This document shows, piece by piece, positions 27,851 to 36,539 of a stretch of DNA of 45,045 nucleotides; within the stretch, counting starts at the first letter, position 1, and every line of letters begins with the position of its first letter. Under the pieces are notes generated by a model, which had not been told where the DNA came from, made no database searches, and worked only from the letters and a program-made list of their open reading frames with translations. Source of the stretch: a virus (taxonomy: Duplodnaviria; Caudoviricetes); IMG/VR virus record IMGVR_UViG_3300019872_000004, positions 1-45,045 of that record. One strand, 5' to 3'. The translations under genes and the position numbers were made by a program.

Positions 27851-30336
27851 AAATATCAACAAACGATGTCTATCAAAAATTCAGTCAGCCATACGGGTAT
27901 CGAGTGGTTGAATTCGAAACAACAGAACAGCTCGCAGAAATAGCAAAGCTCGACTGGTCGCCGGCAACATATTCGGCTTTTACGAAAGAAGACGAAGCAT
28001 GGAGCAAAAACGAGGGGAAAATAGGTTTTGACGACTTCATACCAGACCTTGAAAAATATATCGGCACTGGGTATCGCGATAAGCAAAAACATTGGCTGTC
28101 TTCCGCGTGGCTATTGTGCGACATAGACAACGTTGAGGGCGAACAGTGTTCGATAGATCGGTTCAAGGAAATTTTCGGGCGCTATGAATATTTCATAGTA
28201 ACGAGTCGAAACCACGGTAAGTTCAAGAAGGTAAGCAAACAAGTAGCGCTACGCACGGGCTCTGACCTGGCGCAACCATCGGATAGGTATCACGCACTGT
28301 TCCCGCTCGAGCTGACTGTGACCGACCGGGACGCCATGGACTACGCTCAAAAGGCGTTTATCGAGTCGTACCCGTTCATGGACGACGGCGCCAAAGACAT
28401 AAGCCGTTTTTTCTTCGGGAACAAGACGCCGATAGTTATACACAACGAGGGTGAATATATTTCACTGGCTGTCCGGCCTGTCGAAGAAAGGGCTGTTAAA
28501 AAGACCGCTAAGCGGCCTGAGCGCGCATTCAAGGACAAACGGGTATCTATCCTTGAAAAACTCCAAACGGCAGCGGATGGCGGGGCTTTCGATAGCTATA
28601 GCGACTGGATCCGGCTCGGGATGGCGCTCAAAAATGACGGTTACACGCTCGACGACTGGGAAATGCTTTCTCACCCTGGGCAGGCTCAGGGGGAAATGCG
28701 CTACAAGTGGGACACGTTCGACCCGACTGAGATAACCGGCGGCAGCCTCGTTTTCTTCGCTCGGCTCGCTGACCCTGATTTTTTGAAGCGTTTTCAGTAC
28801 GCAAAAAAGAACCTTGAGGGACTAACCTACGATGAGGGTTGGAAACAAGGGGACTACGTTGACCCGAAAATAATGTTCAAAATATTTTTGAGTGTGTACT
28901 ACCCCAACGACGGGTATTTCGCACACAACGGAATGCACTACACGTGGAATGGGTTGCACTGGGAATCGAGGTTGTATGATGGCGTTGTCGAAGAGTTTTA
29001 CCAATGGTCAATGACGGGTGACACCACCTTTTTGACCGTTGTAGAAAACATGAACATTCTCGAAAGTAAGGATCCGGAATTCCCTAAGTACAGCCCGCAG
29101 TTCATTTTTGAAACAGCCTGCAAGAATATGAAAAAGTTCAGAGGGAACCGGTTAATGTCCAACGAAAACCCGTTTTCTATGATCGAAAATATAAACCCGT
29201 ATTGGAATTTTCCGAACGGGGCTTTGAAAATAGGCGCTGACGGCGTGACGTGGTTTGACAGAAAAGATAATAGCGAACAATTTTTTATGTCAATATTTCC
29301 TTTGAACGTTATGGGATTCAAATACGACTCGACGAAAAAAGAAGCGCCACTGTTTAGAGCGACGGTAAATAGACTACTTCCGAAAAACCATAAGGACGAG
29401 CACGGCCTTAAATTCATACTTGAGACGTTCGCGTATTCGTTGCTACCAGAAAAAACGGTGCCGTATTATTTCATTTGTTACGGTAACGAGGGTTCAGGAA
29501 AATCGTCCCTGGCGGAAGTCCTCAAAGAACTTGCCGGCGGATATTTCATCGCTAAAGCCATGAAGGAAGTTTTTTCAGAGTTTGGGAAATCATCGCTCGT
29601 CGGGAAACTGATAGTGTACGATGACGACATTTCAGACGATTACGTTTTGCCGACTGAGATAAAAAAACTGTCTGGTGATACAGTTTTAACGATAAACGAG
29701 AAGCAAAAACCGCATTATCAAGCACGATTGAACTTGGCACCGTGGATGATAGGAAACAAAGCCCCGAAGACGACCGGCAGCGCCGGTCATAGCAGGCGGG
29801 CAATAGTTATGAACTTCAACTCAGACGAGCGCAGGGATCCTTTCCACATGAAAAAAATGTTCGGGAAAATAGTGGGTAACACCGACGAGCGACCGGCTAT
29901 TTTGAATATGGTTTTAGAGGTATTGCCGGAGTTTGTAAAACGCGGCCTGGTGTTCGACGCGCCGCCGTGGGCTGTCGACGACCACGACGAATGGATAGGC
30001 ACGTCAAACAGCATCGGGGCTTACTTCAAGGAAATGAATTCCGCCGGGGACGGTGAGCCTCGGTATTACAATCGGATATTTGTTTACAGTCACTATTCAA
30101 AATGGTCAGAGCTGAACGGTTACAAGCCGTTGTCGAGCGAGAATTTCTATCGGGGTTTGGATGGGGAGAAGATAAAAACGAAGCGAACTGCGAACTGTCG
30201 TACGGTGTGCTGTCATTTCGACCTACCGAAAATAGCAAGCGAGGACAGACATATTTTGAAGGGCAACGAAAATATTGGTTTCGAACAACAAATTTCAGTG
30301 GGGCTATTTGATGAGCAAAATGACACACCGTTCTGA
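27847..30336 (+). CDS. Primase-helicase (primase domain, PriCT-like domain, D5/SF3 helicase)
   Basis: LCDID, TSRNH, DRYHALFPL primase motifs; YSDWIRLGMALK (PriCT_2-like); GNEGSGKS Walker A; IVYDDD; INEKQKP. Confidence 0.9.
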   Translation: MKISTNDVYQKFSQPYGYRVVEFETTEQLAEIAKLDWSPATYSAFTKEDEAWSKNEGKIGFDDFIPDLEKYIGTGYRDKQKHWLSSAWLLCDIDNVEGEQCSIDRFKEIFGRYEYFIVTSRNHGKFKKVSKQVALRTGSDLAQPSDRYHALFPLELTVTDRDAMDYAQKAFIESYPFMDDGAKDISRFFFGNKTPIVIHNEGEYISLAVRPVEERAVKKTAKRPERAFKDKRVSILEKLQTAADGGAFDSYSDWIRLGMALKNDGYTLDDWEMLSHPGQAQGEMRYKWDTFDPTEITGGSLVFFARLADPDFLKRFQYAKKNLEGLTYDEGWKQGDYVDPKIMFKIFLSVYYPNDGYFAHNGMHYTWNGLHWESRLYDGVVEEFYQWSMTGDTTFLTVVENMNILESKDPEFPKYSPQFIFETACKNMKKFRGNRLMSNENPFSMIENINPYWNFPNGALKIGADGVTWFDRKDNSEQFFMSIFPLNVMGFKYDSTKKEAPLFRATVNRLLPKNHKDEHGLKFILETFAYSLLPEKTVPYYFICYGNEGSGKSSLAEVLKELAGGYFIAKAMKEVFSEFGKSSLVGKLIVYDDDISDDYVLPTEIKKLSGDTVLTINEKQKPHYQARLNLAPWMIGNKAPKTTGSAGHSRRAIVMNFNSDERRDPFHMKKMFGKIVGNTDERPAILNMVLEVLPEFVKRGLVFDAPPWAVDDHDEWIGTSNSIGAYFKEMNSAGDGEPRYYNRIFVYSHYSKWSELNGYKPLSSENFYRGLDGEKIKTKRTANCRTVCCHFDLPKIASEDRHILKGNENIGFEQQISVGLFDEQNDTPF

Positions 30337-30541
30337 CGCCGTCCGCGACATCGTTGGCCACTGGCTCGACAAAGCCGTCAAAGCCGGTCAATTCCAACTT
30401 TGGGACGATTATTGGTACCTCTACGACCTCGCGTGTGGCCGCGTTTTGCCCCTCGACCGCGCGCGAAAGTTCGTCGCAAAAATGGACGCCAGCAAGGAAA
30501 AGGTTCGCGTAGTACTTGACTGGCTGTGTAAATTGGAGTAG
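30311..30541 (+). CDS. Hypothetical protein
   Basis: ORF overlapping primase end. Confidence 0.5.
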   Translation: MSKMTHRSDAVRDIVGHWLDKAVKAGQFQLWDDYWYLYDLACGRVLPLDRARKFVAKMDASKEKVRVVLDWLCKLE

Positions 30542-30550
30542 GGTGGAATA

Positions 30551-31141
30551 GTGAACGAAAAAGGCAAAAACTACAGCCGAAACAACGCGTCTGGCGAACG
30601 TAGATCATCCGATTTTTACGAAACTCCGTACAGCATGACGCGCCAGCTTCTTGAGGTAGAAAAGTTCGATTATCGTAAAATGTGCTTCGAAATGGCCTGC
30701 GGGAATGGCGCTCAGGTAAAGATACTGGAAGAAAAATTCGAAACAGTTATCGGAAACGATATTTCAGACGGACTTGATTCTTTATTGTGGCCCGCGAAAA
30801 TGCCATACGTAATAACGAACCCGCCGTATTCCTTGTCATTCGAATTTATCCAGCATGCAAAAATCATAGCTCAAAAGAAGTTTGCTTTTTTGCTTCCGCT
30901 GACATATCTACAAGGTCAGAATCGTTTCGACAGAATCTATCAGGACCGAAAATTCCCGCTTGCGCGTGTTTGGGTTTTCATCCGTTATCCAATGCTCGGC
31001 GATCCCCTACGACCTGACGGAAAATACCGCACGGGTATGCAAACTTATGCTTGGTTCGTATGGGATCTGAAACACCGAGGGCCGCCGCAAATAGGCTGGA
31101 TCGACAACAGGAAATTTGTTTTGAATGCGAGGGATTTATGA
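30551..31141 (+). CDS. DNA N6-adenine methyltransferase
   Basis: DFYETP, EMACGNG (motif I), ITNPPY (motif IV), YAWFVW. Confidence 0.88.
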   Translation: MNEKGKNYSRNNASGERRSSDFYETPYSMTRQLLEVEKFDYRKMCFEMACGNGAQVKILEEKFETVIGNDISDGLDSLLWPAKMPYVITNPPYSLSFEFIQHAKIIAQKKFAFLLPLTYLQGQNRFDRIYQDRKFPLARVWVFIRYPMLGDPLRPDGKYRTGMQTYAWFVWDLKHRGPPQIGWIDNRKFVLNARDL

Positions 31142-31341
31142 ACATCGAAGATGTATTAGAGGAATTTTATTCAGACACCTGCGTCTGGACGCGCTCGAAT
31201 ATCGACATGGGACGATCCGAAAAAATATACGCTCTGGCATGCGAAAAAACAGCGGCATTCATGGCGGTTCCACCGCATGTTTCGGGCGAGACGCATTGTC
31301 ATTGTTGCGGGCGGCGGATTGTGGAGGAATTTTTAATATGA
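31138..31341 (+). CDS. Small Cys-rich hypothetical protein
   Basis: CVW...C...HCHCCGRRI zinc-finger-like pattern; ATGA-coupled. Confidence 0.55.
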   Translation: MNIEDVLEEFYSDTCVWTRSNIDMGRSEKIYALACEKTAAFMAVPPHVSGETHCHCCGRRIVEEFLI

Positions 31342-31934
31342 AAGAGCGACCGATTCTTTTTTCCAGCCCAATGGTGCGGGCTATTCTGGATGGGCGAAAG
31401 ACACAGACTCGGCGGGTTGCGAAGATAGAAAATCATGAAGGCCATCCGATGCTCGATGAGTCGCGTCGAAATCCTGGATATAATGTACGAACGGTCATTC
31501 AAGGTATTATCGAAAAATGTCCCTATGGGACCGTCGGCGACCGCCTTTGGGTTCGAGAAACGCACACGGATATTCCATCCTATGACGTAGGAGGTGAACC
31601 CACTGTGGCATTGATGTATAAGGCCGATTTTGATTACGTCTATAGTCCACCCGGCGGATGGACACCTTCTATTTTCATGCCTCGCATGGCCTCGCGAATT
31701 ACCCTCGAAATCACAAATATCCGCGTCGAACGATTGCAAGATATTTCTGAATCGGATGCAAAAAAGGAGGGTGTACATCATAGCGATGGCAAGCCTGACG
31801 AATATGGATTTCCAACCGAAATGGTTGCCACCGCACGCGGCGAATTTTCGCATCTTTGGGACCACATAAACGGCAAAAAAATACCGTGGGATTCTAACCC
31901 CTGGGTGTGGGTAATCGAGTTCAAACGTCTATGA
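31338..31934 (+). CDS. ASCH/PUA-like conserved phage protein
   Basis: MKERPILFSSPMVRAILDGRKTQTRR...GDRLWVRET...WTPSIFMPRMASRI...WDSNPWVWVIEF. Confidence 0.8.
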   Translation: MKERPILFSSPMVRAILDGRKTQTRRVAKIENHEGHPMLDESRRNPGYNVRTVIQGIIEKCPYGTVGDRLWVRETHTDIPSYDVGGEPTVALMYKADFDYVYSPPGGWTPSIFMPRMASRITLEITNIRVERLQDISESDAKKEGVHHSDGKPDEYGFPTEMVATARGEFSHLWDHINGKKIPWDSNPWVWVIEFKRL

Positions 31935-33355
31935 AATTATTTGACTACCAAGAAGAAAACCTAGCCGCAACCCTCGATTTCTTCGCCCACGGCGGACGGT
32001 CCATGGTTTCGGTGCTCGCCACCGGAACCGGAAAATCGGTCATAGCAAAAGCATTCATGCGCGCCGTCCGTGCTGAAAACAAACTCGTGTATTTTCTCAC
32101 GCATTCGAAACAACTCTTGAGACAGTTCAGCGACCACCTGGCAGCGATAGATATCCGACATGGCATCATTGCCCCCGGATATCCGGTACTCCGCTACCGC
32201 GTCCAGGTAATCAGCGTTCAATCGCTGGCCACTCGGTACACGATGCTTGACGCCCCTGATTTCCTGATATTCGAAGAGTGCCACCACGCGCCGGCCAATA
32301 TGTTTAAGCGCGTTTTGGATTACTGGCCAGCCGCTCGCCTGCTCGGCTACACCGCGACACCTGGCCGTCCAGACGGAACGCCGCTTGATATGTTCGAGCA
32401 TATGGAATTTCGCCGCCAAGTACGATGGTACATTGACGAGGGATACTTAGCTGACTTCGACTATTACGCGCCTGCGGAACTCGATACGTCGATGCTGCAC
32501 CACACAGCCGGTGATTTCAACAAAAAAGAACTTGCCGAGGTCAACAAGGGTCGAGTGAAATCGTTCGTACAGGCATATCGAAAATACGCTCACGGAAAAT
32601 CAGGTATCGCCTTTGGCATCGATATCGCCGACTGCGAGCGCATCGCAACAGAATTCAGCGACTCAGGCCACGCTATGACCGCTATTCACAGCAAACTATC
32701 AGACGCGCATTCGGTTCTTGATCGAGTAAAAGACACGCCCGGCGTGCTGGTGGCAAGTGCTGACATGGTGGGCGAGGGCGTGGACATAAAGGGTCTCACC
32801 GTCGAGATTGACGCGCGGCCTACCGAATCAATCGTCATAAAGATGCAGCACTCGGGCCGCGTGCTCCGGGCTAACTACGCGCCGGGCCACGACTTATATA
32901 CCCGTTCCGGACGCCTAGCCGCACTTGCCGAAAATGGTAAGCGCGCGAAGATCTTGGATTTTTGTTCGAACTTCGTACGTCATGGGCTGCCAGACGATGA
33001 CCGGGAGTGGAGTTTGAAGCCGGTAAAAAAGATAGAAAAGGGAGTTTCAGAACTTAAAAAATGCCCACAGTGCGAGCGCCCGGTACTGCGGGTGCTCATG
33101 AAATGCCCGCATTGCCAATATGTTTGGCAATGCGGTATACCGTCCCCGCGCGTCATAAAGGAAAAGGAAGGCGAACTCTCAAAAATAGACAGGGTAAATC
33201 ACTCTATACTTCAAATTCTCATAAAAGACATAGCTATTAATGCCAAAACATTATCAGATGCCTCTTTTATATCTATGAATCAAAAATATAATGGTTACTC
33301 ATCCATGGATTTAGTAAATAAAATTTGGTTCAAATATCTTAAAAACAAGGCTTAA
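31931..33355 (+). CDS. Superfamily 2 helicase (YejH/Res-like) with C-terminal zinc finger
   Basis: LATGTGKS, EECHH, YTATPGR, EGVDI, QHSGRVLR, CPQC..CPHC. Confidence 0.88.
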   Translation: MKLFDYQEENLAATLDFFAHGGRSMVSVLATGTGKSVIAKAFMRAVRAENKLVYFLTHSKQLLRQFSDHLAAIDIRHGIIAPGYPVLRYRVQVISVQSLATRYTMLDAPDFLIFEECHHAPANMFKRVLDYWPAARLLGYTATPGRPDGTPLDMFEHMEFRRQVRWYIDEGYLADFDYYAPAELDTSMLHHTAGDFNKKELAEVNKGRVKSFVQAYRKYAHGKSGIAFGIDIADCERIATEFSDSGHAMTAIHSKLSDAHSVLDRVKDTPGVLVASADMVGEGVDIKGLTVEIDARPTESIVIKMQHSGRVLRANYAPGHDLYTRSGRLAALAENGKRAKILDFCSNFVRHGLPDDDREWSLKPVKKIEKGVSELKKCPQCERPVLRVLMKCPHCQYVWQCGIPSPRVIKEKEGELSKIDRVNHSILQILIKDIAINAKTLSDASFISMNQKYNGYSSMDLVNKIWFKYLKNKA

Positions 33356-33357
33356 AA

Positions 33358-33876
33358 ATGGAAAAAAAATATTATTTACACAAAAGAGACGGAATTTATT
33401 ACGCGGAAATTGTTAATAAGATTGATGGAAAGAAAATGACAGCAAAAAGCACGAGAATGCGTGATGTAGAAAGCGCTGAAAAAGTTGTTGCTAAATGGCT
33501 TTCTGGTGAAGAATCTGACACTATAAAAAAAGGTTTTGATATTTTGAGTGCCGTTCGTAATTCTGAAATATCAATTGAAGAATCAAGAAAAATAATAGAA
33601 ATATTGAAATCAAAAAACTTAATAAATCAATCAAAAGATTATGAAGATTACACAAAATATGAGGAATATATAGAGTATTCAAAAATATTAAAAAGAATTA
33701 ATCATAGGAAAAGAATAAAATCTAAGAATAATAAAATTAATATTTTGCAATATAACGCTACTATTGAAGATATTAATATCTTAGAGTCTGTGTGTAAAAA
33801 AGCATTTCTATTAATAAAAAGACTATCTCCGAAAGCAGCGTACTATGATGAGGTTTTTAATGATATTTTCAAATAA
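33358..33876 (+). CDS. AT-rich hypothetical protein; N-terminus resembles integrase arm domains
   Basis: YYLHKRDGIYYAE...TAKST; no tyrosine-recombinase catalytic domain. Confidence 0.5.
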   Translation: MEKKYYLHKRDGIYYAEIVNKIDGKKMTAKSTRMRDVESAEKVVAKWLSGEESDTIKKGFDILSAVRNSEISIEESRKIIEILKSKNLINQSKDYEDYTKYEEYIEYSKILKRINHRKRIKSKNNKINILQYNATIEDINILESVCKKAFLLIKRLSPKAAYYDEVFNDIFK

Positions 33877-33889
33877 TAGATATATTACT

Positions 33890-34075
33890 ATGACGACCTT
33901 TGAACGTGAAATGAAGGATCAAGGCTTCAAAGACGCCTTCGAGCGTGAATACGAAGATTTCCTTATCTCTGAGTTACTTTGCCAAGCGATGGACGAACAG
34001 ATTTTGATTCGTCGTATCGCGAGGGAGGCCCGTAACTCGTTACAAGCTGGGTGTTCCGGACGCGCGGGCGATTGA
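33890..34075 (+). CDS. Truncated antitoxin-like (HigA/Xre N-terminal helix) protein
   Basis: MTTFEREMKDQGFKDAFEREYEDFLISELL pattern; no clear complete HTH. Confidence 0.4.
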   Translation: MTTFEREMKDQGFKDAFEREYEDFLISELLCQAMDEQILIRRIAREARNSLQAGCSGRAGD

Positions 34076-34102
34076 GATATGGACGAAAGTTCTTAAAAAC
34101 AG

Positions 34103-34131
34103 TTGACACAGCGTGTATTTAGTTGTATATT
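34103..34131 (+). promoter_or_regulatory. Sigma70-type promoter with conserved GTGTA spacer motif
   Basis: TTGACA-cagc-GTGTA...TG-TATATT, 17-nt spacer. Confidence 0.8.
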
Positions 34132-34137
34132 AGACAG

Positions 34138-34377
34138 ATGGAGAACGAAATGAGCGATATAAAGTTTGTTTGGGCAAAAGAGTGGAACGGTCAGTGGGTA
34201 GCGTCCGCCGAAGTTTCTGAACTCGGATCGCACCTTCCTAAAGCGGGCGATCAAATAAACGTATATAAACGTGACGGTTCATTTCAGACAAAAATTGTGA
34301 AAAAGGCCCAGGCATTACAGGGTGTCGGTGGCCTTGCTAAGGGTATCTCTTGTTTCGTTCTTCATTATATCGTTTAA
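34138..34377 (+). CDS. Hypothetical protein
   Basis: First ORF after promoter. Confidence 0.55.
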   Translation: MENEMSDIKFVWAKEWNGQWVASAEVSELGSHLPKAGDQINVYKRDGSFQTKIVKKAQALQGVGGLAKGISCFVLHYIV

Positions 34378-34387
34378 GGAGTTTTTT

Positions 34388-34579
34388 ATGAAATACGACA
34401 TAAAGCACATCGGTTCCGGCAATTGGGTGATTGTTCTAAAATCGGACGATGAACAAGTTGACGGCATCGTCTATACCGCCGCGAACATCGCCCGCGCAGT
34501 CATTCGCACGATGATTCGTGACGAAAGTCGGATAGAGCCGACATTACTACATGTGACAGACATACGGTCGGTAGATTAA
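34388..34579 (+). CDS. Hypothetical protein
   Basis: TAAGGAG RBS. Confidence 0.55.
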   Translation: MKYDIKHIGSGNWVIVLKSDDEQVDGIVYTAANIARAVIRTMIRDESRIEPTLLHVTDIRSVD

Positions 34580-35205
34580 TGCATAAATCAAGCGTCGAAC
34601 AAAGAACAAAAACAGCCGTTGAATCCTTCGGTAGCGCCGCCCTGGCCATCGGCGATATCCATCCGGGCATGTCGCTTTTCTCCGTCACGCGCGGCCAATG
34701 GTCCATGATTGATGCCATTTCACATGTGCTCGATAAAGTCGGCACGTCGAAAATATCCTTATGGACCTGGACGGTCGCGGAATATGAGGTTCAGACCCTT
34801 ACACGACTGCGAAATGACCGCCGTCTTACTTCCGGTCGCTTGGTCATCGATAGCGGCGCGCGCGTGAAAAATATGGGTCTTATCCAGGAATGGAAAGGCA
34901 CGTTCGGACCCGATTCAGTTCGATACGTGGCAAACCATGCAAAAATATGCCGAATAGAAAGCGAATCTGGGCTGCGCCTTTTGCTTCGTGGGTCGATGAA
35001 CTTGAATTTCAATCCACGTTTCGAGCAATTTGATATCACCGAAGGTGGTGCAGACTTCGACCTTGTTGAACAAATTGAGAACGAAATAGAACCCTTGCCA
35101 GACTCTGCGACGGGAAAACAGGTTTGGAAGGCAAGTCGTGTAAGCGAGGCATTCGACAGCGAACAGCTCGCACTATTCGCCGGCTTGAAAGTGTGGTCAA
35201 AATGA
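34579..35205 (+). CDS. Phospholipase D-superfamily (single HxK motif) nuclease-like protein
   Basis: NHAKICRIE...RGSMNLN matches HxK(x4)D/E...GSxN. Confidence 0.7.
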   Translation: MHKSSVEQRTKTAVESFGSAALAIGDIHPGMSLFSVTRGQWSMIDAISHVLDKVGTSKISLWTWTVAEYEVQTLTRLRNDRRLTSGRLVIDSGARVKNMGLIQEWKGTFGPDSVRYVANHAKICRIESESGLRLLLRGSMNLNFNPRFEQFDITEGGADFDLVEQIENEIEPLPDSATGKQVWKASRVSEAFDSEQLALFAGLKVWSK

Positions 35206-35489
35206 CACGAGACGAAATAATGAAAATGCTTAAAACTCAGAACCCGCGCGGTAATTTCGCCGACATGACGATGTATACAGACTATTTTTTTGACTACCAA
35301 GAAGCAAGCGAAAATATCTCCAAGAACGGTACAATCGTCGCGCACCCTCGAACCGGTTCGCCTATCGAAAACCCGTATGTCAAAATAAAGGCAACATGTG
35401 TCGCGCAATTGTTGAAGATCGGCGCAAAATTGAAAGTCAATGTGCTTTGGGGTGGAACCGAGCCAGCGCAAAAAAGGAAAATACCATGA
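35202..35489 (+). CDS. P27-family small-terminase-like protein
   Basis: Y.D....YQEASENISKNGTIVAHPRTGSPIENPY pattern; ATGA-coupled to PLD gene. Confidence 0.55.
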   Translation: MTRDEIMKMLKTQNPRGNFADMTMYTDYFFDYQEASENISKNGTIVAHPRTGSPIENPYVKIKATCVAQLLKIGAKLKVNVLWGGTEPAQKRKIP

Positions 35490-35779
35490 ATGATTTAAAT
35501 TCTGTTCTTCTCGAAGGCAAAATACACGTCTCTCCCGTTTTGGGTCTATTAAACAAAACGAAACGATCTTGCACTTTAGTTGTGGCGTCGTCTCTCTTGT
35601 ACAAAATAGGTGATACACCAAACGAGGAATTGACAATGGTAAGAGTAGAAACAACCGGGTCGCTCGCTGAACGATGCGCCGGTCTCACGATTGGAAGAAA
35701 AGTTAGGGTTATAGGTCGAATAAAATTCGATACAGAAATTTACATCGAAGCTGAGCACGTGGAATTCAAACCGGCTTGA
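35486..35779 (+). CDS. Short SSB-like OB-fold protein lacking an acidic tail
   Basis: MNDLNSVLLEG...LAERC..L.IGRKVRVIGRIK...IEAEHVEFKP. Confidence 0.75.
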   Translation: MNDLNSVLLEGKIHVSPVLGLLNKTKRSCTLVVASSLLYKIGDTPNEELTMVRVETTGSLAERCAGLTIGRKVRVIGRIKFDTEIYIEAEHVEFKPA

Positions 35780-35804
35780 CAACCAGTGTACGACCGGGTA
35801 ACAT
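35776..35804 (+). promoter_or_regulatory. Sigma70-type promoter with GTGTA motif, probably leaderless
   Basis: TTGACA-acca-GTGTA...TAACAT, 17-nt spacer; ATG 35811 lies 6 nt after -10 with no RBS. Confidence 0.7.
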
Positions 35805-35810
35805 AAAAAA

Positions 35811-36161
35811 ATGACCTTAAAAGAGCTTATCACAATAAAAAATCTTACGAACACGAGCGTAGCCAAAATACTCGGCGTGAGCCGGGACATAGTTCAAAAC
35901 TATCTGAGCGGAAAAACACCTATACCGCCCGATGTGCTCGAAAAGATACAGTACGAGCCGGTAAATGAAACGGCGTATATTACGCGAGGCGAATTGCTCG
36001 CGTTGATGACCCGGCTAAGACTCACGTCCGACGACATAGCATGCGCTCTGTCGAAGCACCACGACCGGGCCGGGAAATGGTGCGACCCGGCACGGGGGCA
36101 TGCTGCGCGTGTGCCGATTACTGCCGCTGATGTTCGGCGGATTGAGCAATCTGTTTTATAA
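35811..36161 (+). CDS. Xre/Cro-like HTH regulator
   Basis: LTNTSVAKILGVSRDIVQNYLSGKTPIP. Confidence 0.75.
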   Translation: MTLKELITIKNLTNTSVAKILGVSRDIVQNYLSGKTPIPPDVLEKIQYEPVNETAYITRGELLALMTRLRLTSDDIACALSKHHDRAGKWCDPARGHAARVPITAADVRRIEQSVL

Positions 36162-36191
36162 AAAGGGAAATAAATCCCAAGGGGGTATCCA

Positions 36192-36539
36192 TTGGACTAC
36201 AAAGTCATGACTCTGGAGAACTTGAATTCTGGCGCAGTAACCGAATTGTTTGACGAGGAGTTTTCGAAATTACTCAAGAACATTGCGGACGACAATACGG
36301 AGCCGGATAAGGTTCGGTCAATCACGATCAAGCTTATGGTGAAACCAAGCAAAGATCGCAGCAAAGCAGATACGAGGGTCGCTGTAACGAGTATACTTGC
36401 GCCGCTGAAACCCCACGAGTCGTATATCTTGCTCGAAAACAACGGTTCTCGTTTGGCCGCTTATACTACCGACGTGAAACAGCCCGAACTCGGTGACAAC
36501 GAAAGATTGTTCCCCGAAGTCAAAAAAGGTGGTGCCTAA
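36192..36539 (+). CDS. Conserved phage protein (first of a common gene pair)
   Basis: GAVTELFDEE..NIADDNT..KVRSITIKL..KP..DR pattern. Confidence 0.65.
   Translation: MDYKVMTLENLNSGAVTELFDEEFSKLLKNIADDNTEPDKVRSITIKLMVKPSKDRSKADTRVAVTSILAPLKPHESYILLENNGSRLAAYTTDVKQPELGDNERLFPEVKKGGA

Noticed and set aside
33358-33876. Functional integrase / temperate lifestyle
   Set aside because: Only 172 aa with no R-H-x-x-R-Y catalytic set; lifestyle cannot be called from this window
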